The notes beneath the pieces were generated by a model that saw only the letters and a program-made list of their open reading frames with translations, did no database searches and had not been told where the DNA came from. Below are positions 1-13,400 of a stretch of 53,356 nt of DNA, one piece after another. Position 1 is the first letter of the stretch; each line of letters begins with the position of its first letter. The stretch covers positions 62,001 to 115,356 of the forward strand of contig KZ538341.1 in assembly GCA_000934665.2 (NCBI GenBank). Reading direction: 5' to 3'. The position numbers and the translations under genes are program-made. The DNA comes from Catajapyx aquilonaris (lineage: Eukaryota).

Positions 1-119
1 TGCTGAAAATCGATTGTTGGCGAAGGCCTGGGCGTACGACCTGGCTGGTAGTGGATGAGCTGGGAGGGTAGAGGACTGAGTGGGATGGGTGGTGGGGAGG
101 TGACTATTCATTGAACCAC
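1..119 (-). CDS. Possible coding exon of an unidentified - strand gene, running off the window
   Basis: Long pyrimidine tract on - strand (200-233), catcag acceptor at 120, open frame GGSMNSHLPTTHPTQSSTLPAHPLPARSYAQAFANNRFSA; no family recognised. Confidence 0.3.
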
Positions 120-2422
120 CTGATGAGTGGGTCGAGGTTATCTTGGAATCCAATGCGGCAGGGACATCGTATATTGTGGGTTGGGCGATGACACAACCGA
201 GGAGAACATAAGAAAGAAAAAAAGAGAAAAAAGGTCGGGCGGTATATATATTTCCATTCACTGCTGAACTGCCTCCATTAATGGTATATGTTTTCTAAGG
301 ATGCTGGCCAGGCATTCATTCATCGGGGAGATCGGGTATATATAGGTATATGACTCAGAATTTATCACTGAAGAACCTTGAGTTTGTGGAGCAGCACGTG
401 GCGACCTTTCCCGGAGTGAAGTTCGTGGCAGGGGATTTTGAAAGTGCAAAAATAAATTAAAATCCACAAAAAGATTTTTTAATGCAATTGATCAACAGAC
501 AGCGAAAGGTGGATAGAAAAGTATAAATCAAGCTTATGCACACTACGGATCCTTCATGTGCCCTCCATTCCACTCCATGATTCCTCTGACAATGTGAGTG
601 GAATAATGATTTTTATACGTCGCTAAAATGAACCGAGAAATCCTCCCCAGATATACTTTCACGTCCTGTCTTCAGGTTTCTCATTTAGAGCTGAAGCAGC
701 AATTCATCAGAGGTAAAGTGGCTCTCATTTGTTCGAGTCAACAACATCGGTGCTAGAGACAGCAGTAGTGTTTTATTTTCTTAAAGTAACTGCTACACTT
801 GAACCATACACGAGGAATCTAGTGGTGACGTGAAGTTCTTGGGCCATTAAATGTAACATTTTAATTTCGATCATTCGGCCAATTTGAACCTAAGACGGTA
901 ATGCAAGCGCTTACTTTTTGAAAACCGAACACGAACTTTGATGTTGCTGTTTTGTGGAGAATGTGAGGTTCGCCATCCCTTGTCTGCAGTCAAGAAAGCA
1001 GGTGCTGGCGGGAGGGAGAATCAAATTAGGTCTGGTCCCATAAAGGCATGCTCACCACCATTGTTACGTTGATGTTGAAGGGATCAGGGACGAAAGGCGT
1101 TTGTTGCGACGTCGCTCGAATTTCGTCCTTTACCAATGCTATCCCTCCCCCTCCCTGAGAGGGTGGGTTGCTTTGAATAGGCTTTATAGCACCTCCCATG
1201 TTGCAAATTGAGACCAGCAAATGATTGACAAGCATCCCAATCACATCAATTGCGCGCAATAGGCCGTTGAAAGGATGTGTAGCCATGCTTGTGCACGGCC
1301 CGTTGCAAAAATAGGGTCTCTCTGCTTATGATCATGGGTTGTATGCTCCTCACGTGCTGGGGAAAGACAACCCACTCGAATATGCTGTACCAAGCTGTTT
1401 TTAACCCCCCCCCCCCCCCATTGAAAATCTATACCTACGCCCGTGNGGCATGCCAGCGAATCCTACGGCCTTGTTTATCCCAGGAGTTGAAACAACGTTT
1501 TTTTTATCGCCACTAGCAGAGGGTAGCACTTGACCGCCTATAGTGGTGCATAGAGCCTCCTTGCGGGCGATTTAGAAACTATGGTAGCCATTTTCAGCTC
1601 GTGGAGCACTCCCTGGCGACCGAGGCAAGAAACTGCCAATTATTGTTAATTTTACATGCCGCAATGTAGCAGTGATGTGGCTTTTGGGACTACCTGTAGA
1701 TAAATACCATCGAGAATAGTCTAATCGCCCTATATAGGGCTAATGCTAATGAGAGCAAAATCTGTATGTGGTTCAATAGTTACTCAAGGGTCAAATTGAG
1801 CATGAAAGTTATTTTCCAAACATCATTTTATTTCCTTCATATTATGGCTATATGTAATGTCGCGAAATATTATCAGAAATGTTACAGAATAATTTGTCTG
1901 CCATTACCTTAACGACCGACTGAACAAATATTCGCATGCGTTAAACCTTTTAAATTAGACCAATGTTCTAATCATACTCCCCACACACAATGTGGGAATA
2001 AAATATTACCATCATCATAATTTTACATTATTATTATTATTATTATTTAAAATAACTAGTACCCCGTGATGACCCAACACCTTTAATATTGTACGGGGAC
2101 AATAATATTGTATTTGTACCGAATATAGATCAATATTATGGATGATGTCACAAAATCAGCCATTTTTTCATAATTTTTGTTTTTAAACTGTGGCTCTGTG
2201 TGACGGAAAGATTATTTCCTAATTTTGCCCCTGTCAATTATGCCACCCAGTAGGCAAGAGAGGCGCTTGGGCTGCATCACCGCAGGATGAGTCCCATGTT
2301 TTCCCTTTTCCTGAGCCCAAAAATAATTGATACTCAAGTTGTAAAGCACTGTGAGTCAAAGCATGGGATGAGATAGTGTACTGTACGTGTAGGTGATGAA
2401 TGAAAATTCGCAGATGTCTTAC

Positions 2423-2610
2423 CCTCCCCCGCCCTTCTCCCCTTGTAATGCTGCCTGTTTAACACAATGCGCGTACCACTTTGGACAGTGTGTACGGCAG
2501 TCTGCGGTGTCGACAAGTGGCGTGTGCGTCCGTCCGGCCATTGGGCTTGATTTAGCCCATCCGCACTTGTCGTCGGTCGCAGGATCCGATTTACACGCCG
2601 TGACGTCAAC
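2423..2610 (-). promoter_or_regulatory. Candidate first exon/promoter of a divergent - strand gene
   Basis: - strand donor GAGG/gtaaga at 2422; CpG-rich; palindromic CRE site TGACGTCA at 2601-2608. Confidence 0.25.
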
Positions 2611-3682
2611 ACCCAACCACCATTACTTTCAGAGGCCTTCATTACAGGTAACTGCTATGTAAACTAGTAGTCGCAACACCCTTTAAAAAAATTTCCACAT
2701 CTTTACTTGCCCATGTTGCGACAACCACAGTTGGTAATGGCATGCGGCGTTACGTGTATAGGCCGGACCGAGGTTTTAGCGCACTATTGATACAATGTTT
2801 GGTTTTTTATTATTCCAGTTTCCACCTCTATTTGCAGAATGGCCGCAGAGCCCACTTCCCCTCCATTTCTGGGTAATAAGCACAGTATAGGGCGGTGCGA
2901 TGTAATTGGAACAACCCATTTTGAGGGGACGAGTGTGGCATTAAAATGATAAACGTGTGTGAACAGGAGTGAACCCGTAACGAGGGACTTTTCAGGAATA
3001 TTAGAATCTGCTTGATGGCGGCCTTATTGTTGGGGGGGGGGGGGTGGCCTTAGCTGGTAGTTGCAGGCCTTGCTTGATGGGACGGTCTGGCTCGACTGTG
3101 CGAGCGTTAAATTTTCGCCATAATTATGCAACCGGGCGGGCCGTAAATTACGTCACGCCGCTTTTGGCAACTTCAAATAACCCTCAAGCTGTCACGGGTC
3201 GTGACGCCCTTAAGTTTGTGTAACGACAATATTTTAAATATTAACGAATCTTACAGGGTGTTGGCACAGTACAGTGCTGGACGTCAATGGTGTTGTACTG
3301 GTAGCGAGACAAGCCATGACGGCAAAAGAGCGAATCGAAAGTTGCCTCCGCATGACCGCCTTCATTTGGTCATAAATCAAGTGAAGGCGGTCATACCCTT
3401 TCGATTCGCTCTTTTGCCGCTAACGGCTCGTGGCGCCACATGTACGATACCATTAAATGTCCAGCACTGTACCAAGAACAAGGTGTATTATATCCAGGCA
3501 GGCATGGGTTTTGCATATCTCCGGAAGCCGCGACAGGCGTTAAAATTGACCTGCCAGTGATAGGCGTCGGCGACGTCGCGTCGTGTATAGTTCAGGCTGC
3601 CGTCATCCAGCCAGTTGCCGACATAGGGTTAAGGAACAGTTTGAAGGAAAAGCGACACGGTTTTAATTTTTCTCACTGCCTA

Positions 3683-3850
3683 CACTGTAAACCGCTAAAC
3701 ATTAAAAGAGCATCACTATATGAGTCTCACATGGAGCATCAATTTGTAATACCCTTGTGATGCTTCACAAGCATCACGAGAGCATTGAAAATCTATGCTC
3801 CATGGGAGACTCGCCAGTGATGCTCGTTTCATGTTTCGCGGTTTACTGTG
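3683..3850. mobile_element. Near-palindromic MITE with CACTG-type termini flanked by TA
   Basis: TA|CACTGTAAACCGCTAAACAT ... ATGTTTCGCGGTTTACTGTG|TA; inner arms gagcatcact..gagtctc..catggagcat / atgctccatg..gagactc..agtgatgctc. Confidence 0.8.
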
Positions 3851-3878
3851 TAGATGGCCTGCGTTGGACCTGACCGCG

Positions 3879-3979
3879 ATAACTGAGGGCGATTAGAAGC
3901 TCGGCGTGTCTTTCGAGGTTTCGTGTGTTTGAAACGCACACCTCCTGATATTGCCGATCCTCTAATCGCCCTCAGTTAT
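3879..3979. mobile_element. 101-bp element with perfect 19-bp terminal inverted repeat
   Basis: ATAACTGAGGGCGATTAGA (3879-3897) / TCTAATCGCCCTCAGTTAT (3961-3979); pairing extends inward via tcggc/gccga. Confidence 0.7.
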
Positions 3980-4213
3980 ATGAAACCAGAGTCAAGTTTC
4001 CTCATAATGGAAATCCCTGCAATATGGTGCTCCTCGAAGCCGCAAACTTGCCTTGCCTCTGGCAACTGTGGCTGAAGCGCAAGCTGCCATCTTGAGTTTC
4101 TGACCATGAGTACTCTCGTTTCATATGAAATTTTGCGGCCTCCTCCGAGTGGGGGAGGGAGTGATGGGTTTAAAGCGGGGGTGGGCCTGCCCCGTTGTCT
4201 CCTGCGTCACTTC

Positions 4214-4214
<1 letters not shown>

Positions 4215-4247
<33 letters not shown>
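4215..4247. repeat. Poly-C tract (~33 nt), longest of about 20 G/C homopolymers of 11 nt or more
   Basis: Read directly; ends at an N. Confidence 0.9.
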
Positions 4248-4249
4248 NC

Positions 4250-4739
4250 AGTGAACTGTTCCACCGGCCGAGGGGGTAGGGGTAGAGGCGTCGTCGGCGT
4301 CGGCCGGGCGGTGGTATCGATCCCCCCCTGCCGCCCCACCGCTTTTCCCGGCATGCCTCACTTTGCCCTTCCTACCCTCCCTTCCCCCGGCTGTCCAAAT
4401 GGCTCAGGCCCTTGCTGCACCGGAGCGTCGTCGGCAGCGACGGTGGCAGCGTCGACGGCGTCGGCGGCGTCGACGACGGCTGTCGTCGGTGCTCCTTCTC
4501 TCGTCTCACTTCGCAGCGGCCACACCGGAACCCAACATGAAGTGGTGGTGATAGCAGTGGGGTGCTATTAGTGTGTGTGGTGTTTTCAATTGTTGGAAGC
4601 TGGTGCGGGACCTGGACAACCTCCCACCCTTCTTCTTATTCTTCCACCTCCCTTGCCTCCTTCCTTCCACCCCGGGGAAATTGTTGTGGACACAGTGCCT
4701 GAGAGAGAACCTCCTCCACAAGCACACGGATGGCCAAAG
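4250..4739 (+). promoter_or_regulatory. CpG-rich region, candidate distal first (5'UTR) exon/promoter of PMCA
   Basis: Very GC/CpG-rich segment with (CGG/CGT/CGA)n low complexity, ending in AAG/gtacgg donor at 4740; no credible protein. Confidence 0.3.
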
Positions 4740-7700
4740 GTACGGTACTCTCGTAAAAAAAATGTCTTAGCCATTTGTCAGAGGGGGAAAACGCCCGGTG
4801 CACAGTTGCAAGTCAATATCTGGAAGGGGAGAGCTCTTTAATGACGTGTAATCTTTAAGGAGCAGTCGCTGCTAGTAACATGGCACGACATCGTGTGATA
4901 TATCCCAGGCTAACGTCAGGCCTCCCCCAACCCCCGAAAAGAAAAAAGGAAAGGCGGCCTTGACTTAAGATCGTGAATTTCTCCGCACGATATAGATGAA
5001 GAAGAAGGGTAATGGCGCTCACAGCCTGAATTTTCAAGGGGAACAAAAATCCATACGTTTTGCCTGGATGGTACTGTCATATTGCTTCCGGTGTCATAAA
5101 TTCGATGGGAGCCGTATAGCCAGTGCCATCACATGATCTCATATCATGCACCGGTATGGCAACCTTACTACGACACACATAATGATGACAATTGTGGAAG
5201 ATAATTTTGCTAAGGTTCCAGACATTTTCTGACACCTAAGGATTTAGTCGGAACGATGGAATTGCATGATAAATTGGACAGGTTATATTTTGCACTATTG
5301 CTCGTTTGAGCGTCTTCACAATGCAATGGTGCAGACATCGGGGGGAAAAAAACTGTACATGCGTGACTGTGGTAACAATCGTCACGAGCGTATTCATCCC
5401 CATGGCAACATTACTGCCCAGCCAGCCTATGCCAGCCCAGTGGAAGGCAATGGCTATCATGGATCCTAACCTTTTAATCAGGTGAAACAACTTATTGCCG
5501 CAGGGGCCTTTTGCGAATTTTGTAGTGTTAACACAAGATGTGCATTAGTGACACAGAATATGTGCAGTACATTCTTGTCACATATAATAAACATGAAATT
5601 AATTCAGTTGCGAACCTGTACAATTTCCGAGTACGTTCACTGTAAAGGAAATATGTTGATTTAGTGAATTACCCTCCACTGCTTCGCTGCATGAGCACAT
5701 TATATAATTACGACAGTGAGACGTATGTGGAAGCAATATTTCATGAGTGATACTGGGGAAATATTATTTAGCATAACCTTGGGGGGAGACCAGGTAAAAT
5801 TACGTAAGTTGCGTCAATGTTGGAGGGGCATTCACTGAACTGCCTGGCACATAGGCGATTATAGAGTTTCTGATGTCTGTGATGCGCCTTAGGGGATGCG
5901 TCCATATCGGCCACTTTGCAGCAAGTGCCACTAGCAGAATATATAGCCACTCGCTATAGAGCTGGTTTCATTGACTGAAATGCGGCCTTCATATCGCATT
6001 TCGCGGAATTTAGCTCGTTAAAAATAACTTCACCTCCCACAAGCAGCCTACTTAAAAGGAGAAAGCGGCGCTGATAATAATTGAAAAGAGTAATCGGTGT
6101 CAGGTTCTTCCCATACAAAAGCGTCTTCGAAAGGTCGTGTTTCGCCTTAGTCGTAGTGCTTCATTCCTTGACGGGGCAAACAACAACAAAAAGGGAAAGA
6201 TTCTTCTTTGAAGCACATTTTCCGTCAATGATTCTCCGAGGACAGCTGCGCGCAAATGGTTCTATTCCCAGAAGAAAAAGAAGTTTTCAGTGATGGTCTC
6301 ATGCCCCGCATTAAAGCTCCTGAGAGACAAAGAGTATGAGTGGAAAAAAAAGAAGCGCGTGTTAAGCTACCAGCTTCTTTTTTGATATAATTTAATTGTG
6401 TAATATCTTCCACTCTTCATATACGGACCGTCATTGATTACTTTTTTTTTACGCAATACAGTGCAGTATTCTCGCAAAATTGTTTCGAGTTAATGTACAA
6501 AAAGGGCTCCCGCCCCTTTATTAAATTATTCTCGTAATTGTGTTCGAAAGCGCGTCTAAAAGGATCCAGAAACTTTTGACTGGAGCAAGAAAAAGTGATT
6601 GTCAAGATCGTTTTCATCTTATGCGCGCCAGTGACCTTTTTTCTTTTTTAAAAAATGTACACCATTGAAGAATCTAAATGACAAAAGATTGCCCCCCAAA
6701 ATGCCAATATTGCACAAGCCGACGAATATAAGCCATAACTCTCCAATACAACAAATTGATTTCGGATGATGATGTGTGGCCCATTTATCTCAGGAAGTTC
6801 CACTGGGAACGTCCCACATGGAGCCGATTATATCTTGAATACTCTGACCAATCTTTTCCAGCAAACATCATTGATTATTTTTTTGGGAGCTATGAGTGGT
6901 TATTGGAGCGATCATATAAAAGAATTGCTGCAATTTCGCACCTTCTTTTTTTGTTGTTGTCTCCACCTTTTTGCAATATACTATAGGGAGCTAATGCACG
7001 TGTTTCATGTTGTTTCCTCCTGAACTCTCCCCTCCTATCCTGTTGATCCTTTAAGTGCAGAGTGTAAGTGCCAATCGCATTGTGTACCTTGCCGAGCGGA
7101 CTCAAACTTTGCCATTACCCGTGCTGTGTGGCTTAAACCACGTAATAGTGAAGTTAGCAGTTGATGCGAGGGGGAAGGGGGTGGGGAAGGGTTGGAGGAA
7201 ACAAATTTCCTGTCCTGTACGTATTAAAACATCTAAGTTCAAACCAGATCTTGTTAAAAGGTAGGGGTCACGGAACCTGTGGCACGAAACCACCTCGCTT
7301 TCTCGGAAAATTTGCACGCTCATGTTAAAGGCGTATAATAAACCGATGGGAGGTCGCAATTATCGTATTACTAGGAGCCTAAACGCTGCATGATCCTGGG
7401 GGGGGGGGGGGAACGACCAGAGTTGTATGCCCCTGTTTGTGACAGTTGCATAAGGCCCCCCCTTCCCCCCCCCCCTCTCTACACCCGGAGAAGTGCATAC
7501 GTCACGTTGGACCCACCCCTAACATTGATTTAGTGTGGACCCTGCAGAGTTGTCCTGTGCGGAATAGCCCAGGCCTAAATTTAGCCCCACCTTACTGAAA
7601 ATGTAAAGCCACACCGGGCCACTGCACGTATCATGTGTTATAAAACGATTTGGAAATTTCGCATTCTTCGAAATTGTTAATCGATAAAAAAAAAGGAAGA

Positions 7701-10385
7701 GGAGGGGTCCCAAGTTTGGAAGCAACCCCTAACATTTCCTTTTTACATGTAGTCACTAGGGAGCTATGCAGTGAATACGCTTGCAAAATGGGTGTAATGT
7801 GTAATTTGTAGGAGTCATACAAAACGGCCCGGAAATATTTACAGATTTTCAATATTTTACAATAAGGTGGAAGAGAGCTGAAAGTTTTGCATAAAAATGT
7901 GAAATGTCAAGGAAATGTCCACTTACTCGTGTGACTGTTGGTGCAACACGCGGAAAGAATCTGTGAAAAACTTAATGCAAATTTCGCCGATTGTCCTCGT
8001 TAATTGACAGATTTTCATTAATTCTACACATTGAAAATATCACGTAATGCTTTTGGCTGTTTTTGAATAATTCGAGAATTATTATTATTATTATTATTTC
8101 GACTCGACGATTTAGTGTTGTAAAGGCCAGGGGGGGAAAAAAACGAGTTTTGTTTAAAATTTTTTGAGCTTACAGAAAAATATGCAAAGAATGGGAGAAC
8201 CTGCGTATTTAATAAAATAGACTGTATTTTAATTAAAGTTGGTTTGAGTATGAAGGAATGTGATTTCAAGTGCAGGAAGCACTCAAAATAATTTACAGAC
8301 GGGAATGATACGATCGCAAATATTTACTTGCCATGTGCCTTTAATGTAACTTTGATTGGTTTTTGCAATTTTCAAATTTGGCAACCGCCTAAGGAGCAAA
8401 CGACGAAATTTTGAAAAAGGCTGCAAGTGATATATTGTAACAGTAATGTCGTCATTCTGACAGAGTAGTTGTGACACACAATTTGTCATGTGGATCGGAC
8501 AGATTCGCTGAACCATCCTGTGCATGACTGCACATTTTTCCGGACCTAGTCCTGGGCTTGCCTACAAACACTCCACCGCGACCTCTGACCTTTGAACTTT
8601 AGCACTTTACCGTCAAGCGTTGTTGCCCGCTTTCCTCTGGAATAAAACCTGACAACCCTGTTCGTCACTGCTCCCCGTTTTATAAACGACTTACATGGCT
8701 TAAAACCATGGAAAAAAAGGGCGGGGTTAGTTACTTCCTAGATTAAGCATGGTAAGTGAGGGGTAGGCGGTTTGTCGGGTGTCCAGAACTACTTTTTTTT
8801 TGACAGGACCCAAGATCGATCCAGGTTTGGATGCTTTTGGGAGGTTCTATGCTGCCGGGCAGATTAGGTGTCGGGGGTGGGAAGGTTTTGCTGCCCCCCC
8901 CCCCCTCCCACCTCTTTCAGTGCAAGACTGTGGGTACCGAAGGGCATGACATGATTGCGCTCCATCGCACGTATAGTAGTTGCCTGTAAAGGCTGAGAGT
9001 TTCCTTCCTTTTTATTCCAGCCGATTCCACACGCGACATCCAGGAGGGATTTGGGGGATTCACAGTACGGCTGGGACGTAATCAAAGCGAGAATGTATTG
9101 ACACGTTCACTGGGGTTGACGTGTCGGACTCTTGTTTTTTTCACAGCTCGATAAGGGTGTGTGTACTGTTGCTTCGGGCAGGATTGTTGGAACAAATCCT
9201 GTAGGCGGTTGCTCCTCTTATTTAAACAGGTAGCTGGAGTAGGCAATCCGTAACTTCTTTTATTGGACTGTGAACGTAATTCATCACACCAAGCATATTT
9301 TGTAGTTTCTGTTGAGGTCATCCTGACTTATATTCTTTTTAGACTTTTTCTAGTCGCAAAAAAAAAAGTTATAGAACGACTCTGTATGTGGACAGGTGTC
9401 AGGGCCTATAGAACCAGCTGCATTTTACACAGTGCAACAGAAAATAGCTGCTGCACGACCTACTTGGAACCACGATTATATCCATTATCGAGTAGGGATG
9501 ATCAACCTTGATTTACCCTTTGACCTATGCTGAATAGTGATTTTTTTTTCCCAGCCTGTGCTGTGTGGAAAAAGTAGATCAAACCTGGACCACCACTAAT
9601 GCAGAGAGTACTGCACATTCGTCGCATTACAGTCGCCTGTTATGACCTCTGCCGTTGTTGGTCCTGCATATGTGATATTATGGTGGGCGAAGCACTGCAC
9701 GGTTTAAATGCCAAAGGCTTAAAGCAGTTTGCATCAACTCGACAATTAAGCTTGTTGACCCTGTTAGAGGCCCGACTCTGACGTAAGAAGTGCGTAAAAT
9801 AGTTTCACTGTTTTCATCAACCGAATTGCTGTTAGCATTATGCCACAGTTGCGCAGTCATGGATGCAAAGTTAAGGCATGGTCTCGTTAGGTGCTAATGA
9901 TAAAAAATAAAAATAAAATATCGCGTAGGAATGTGTATATGCACAGTTTTTTCGCATGAAACGAGGATAGAGTTGTCAATTCCAGTGATTTTCGGAGCAT
10001 TGCCTTGAAACTCATTCTTTGACCCCTGTTTATGACCGTCGCCGTCGACGTGGTGAGACGCGTGGTGCCCCACAAATGATGAACGAGCCATTGCCGTGAA
10101 ACCGTGAGAGCGATTCAAGTGCATTTTTTTTTTTTTTTTTTGCACGAACTGAGCTTTGGGGTAGGTCACCCACCCACCATCGCCTAGAAGAATAGGCCAT
10201 TCAACCCTTGGGTGTAGTAATTAAGTGCATATACATTAGGCATGTCTATTGGACGCTGTAATTTAGTACTAGGAGTGTGTGGTCGTGCTAGGAACTGAGT
10301 GTTACAATACCGGTCGTATCATTAATTTGCGTACATATTGCATGTGCACACGTTTGACATTATGAAGAGAGTTTAAAAAAATTAG

Positions 10386-10481
10386 TTGCCCAGACTGTCC
10401 CTGTAGTGGCATATCATCTCCATAGATGGCGCATTGTCACGCTCTGCACACTACTGCCACTCTCAGGGTCATGCTGGGAAA
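10386..10481. repeat. Imperfect ~26-bp inverted repeat, degenerate MITE-like
   Basis: ttgcccagactgtccctgtagtggca versus tgccactctcagggtcatgctgggaaa. Confidence 0.4.
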
Positions 10482-13400
10482 ATCGGTACTACATGCACCC
10501 TGTTGATGACTCGCTGCGGACAAGCATATCTGGAGGCTCACACACCAATTTCTATAGTAGATGCAGTTTTTAGTCCAAGGTTGTAGTGGGCGTGGTTTTT
10601 CCATGGGTATATTTATGAAAGTGGTGTACTCCAGGCTTCATTTTAGCACAGCCTACAATGTTATAGCTCCACTGACGTCAAAAGGGAGTCGAGAAGCAGA
10701 TTGGAGCAGCGCATGACTACTCTTCTCTTGAGAGGTTTTATCTTCCTTGATAATAAGTCATCAAGGATGCAATTTGGAGGTCGCTTTGAAGTAACGAGAG
10801 GATATAGGAACGACAGTGCAGGTTTTAAAATTATTTCAGGAAAAGTATACATTATCTGATGTTTACTAAGTATGCTGTTGCTGCATTGGACGATGAAGAA
10901 TTTATGGAAAAGCAAGACATGTCATAATTTTGGAGGGTGCGGTTTTTCTATCATCACGGATTGTGGATTAACATACAGAGTAGGTACTGCACATTGATCT
11001 TGTTCATAATATCAAAATTGTTATTACCAGTACGAGTTTCCGATTTTTTGTGAAATTGGGCTCAAATGTATTGCAACTTTTAAAGAGGTCGCACCGAATT
11101 ACATCGTGAATTTGTCACTAAACTACTGAATGGAAAATGTCAGTGTGTCACGTACAGGATGAGCACATGAAATTGACAAATATGGCCGCCATTTTCAATT
11201 AGTTCAATCGACACATGCTTGTAAATCATGTTGCACTGGGTAGTTGACAGGCTGATGCTACTGGAGCATTCGAATGCACTTGTTACGGAGGTTTTTGCAT
11301 GGTTTCTTGCGAAACACCTGTTGGGGCAACCTGAAGAGCCTGCGCGTAAAGGACTTGCACACAGGTTCGCCTCCCTTTTATTTTTATTTAACGGTTCGCG
11401 ATTTATGTCATGAGATGGTATCGCTGAAGTCATAGCTACTGTTGGCAGCCACTGAAAAATACATGTTGCAGCAGGTGTGGCACTTGGCACTGGATAATTC
11501 GTACGTATTGTCCGTCGACAATTGCGTGCCATTTATTCTAACGCTCATTTACCCGCAAGACCTTTCGTGTACAATTTTGCTGAAAGCTATTCTTACACAT
11601 GCGTCGTTGAAATCATGAGGATATCAGTAATGCATCTTGCACGCAGCCCGTCAGTTACGCGAAAATAAGACGTTTGATAAAGTCAAAATGCAATATTTAA
11701 AGTTCTTCTAATTAGGAAAGTTGAAGCCGTCTGTGCAACCTGTAATAAAAATATAAGTCGTAATTTGGTGAATGGTCGCATTGAAACGCTTCGTGGAAAT
11801 AGAGCTGCTTCCTTTTTTCGCGGAACTTGTGATTAAATCATTTACGAATCCTTTGATGCGTTTGATTCGTTAACTTACGTAACAGCGCCTGATAATCCTA
11901 TCGTTCTCTTTGATGTACACATGCCGGTTAGCTGTGCTGTTCAGTGATTTATTCATTTTGAGATGTAATAAAAAGGGCTATATGGTGACATACTTTTTCC
12001 TGCATTAAACGGGTCCCTCTAATATTTTGCATGATTTTAATGCATGTATATTACTCCCATGTTTATTTTCCAACATTTGAAAATTGCAGGCTTTATTTTG
12101 ATGTTTGGACATGACAAGCATTGTTATGTCGACATGGAGAGAGATTTGAGTGACATTGGCGCTACTTGATGCTGGCAATTTAAAGCACTTTTTAAACATT
12201 TTCTTGCCATTTATGTCCATGCTATTCGAGGATTTAGCTTGGTTTGCGCCTGGAGTGCAGGCTACACGCAACACAAGAGAGGCTCAAAATTGCTAACCTT
12301 CCAGGATGAAGCCAACGTTGACCACTGTTTGTAATGATGACGACGATATACTTACGTTACAATGATATGATTGCACTTTTGAGAAATTACGAACTGGTAA
12401 TGTAAGTGGCAGATTTTCAATATATCCAGTCATTTAGAAGGTCCAATGGATTATGTGTGCGTCATTAGACGATGAAGCTATTTATTATGCAAATAAACGT
12501 CGAGGACATGCGATAGTACCTCTGGCCCTTGCTTATGGGCTGTGCTTCAGTCGATATCTTAACATCCACTTGCCGAGCTGACAAAATTACACGTTATGCT
12601 TATAAGCTGAGAGCCTCTTTGAATACGGTATTAAGACACCAACGCTCTCTACCGTCACGCATGCGAGCAATAACAGTGTGCATCATGACACGGAGCACGC
12701 ACGGCAGGGCAAATTGTGACATGCCCTAAATCAGACCATGCATGAAGAGTAAATGGCTTTGTGTGACAGTCCACACTTGATAAGGTCATAACCCCATCAG
12801 CACTGTTTTTGCAGGCTGAGGGGATGTTTGAAATGGCTGTAAACTCGGGATCAATAATTTTTGGGCAAACGCGTCCATTCTATATATCCGCACAGATGTG
12901 ATGGTAGCGGACAACACGGTATGTACATGGTACATTGCAGAACGATTCAATGATTCTCTTGCTACCTGTAATTTTCAGTGCTATTGCATTTATAACATGT
13001 TGTTGATTCTATAGGACGGGGTCGTATTTCATGTTATTCATGTTGTTGGATTATTCAAGGTGCCCATAAATAACCGCTGCCCAGGTTGCGCAACCTTATG
13101 GATTATCCATAGCACCAGTAGATTATAGGGCTTCATTTTGTATTCCTGCAAGACTCAATGAATCCTCTTGCAAACTGATATGTTTCCGGGCATGTCACAT
13201 GACGCATGTGGTAATGATTCAATATGATGAGAATGTATGTATGCACCAATCACATGTACAAACATAGAATGGATGATTCAATTTTACCTCAATCTAGCAG
13301 CCAATACTTTTAATAAATACTAAAAGTAGCTACAAAGAAACTGTTTAAAAGTGTCTAAAAGGTGCTGACTAAACGGGTGAAGTACAATTCCTTGCACTTT

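Noticed and set aside
2633..2647. 15-nt AG|...|GT unit on the + strand
   Set aside because: No known flanking + strand exons and no extended AG-free pyrimidine context like the PMCA microexons.
4121..4571. Pro/Gly/Ala/Arg-rich ORFs on both strands
   Set aside because: Generated by poly-C and GC-rich low complexity, cross an N, and show no recognisable domain.
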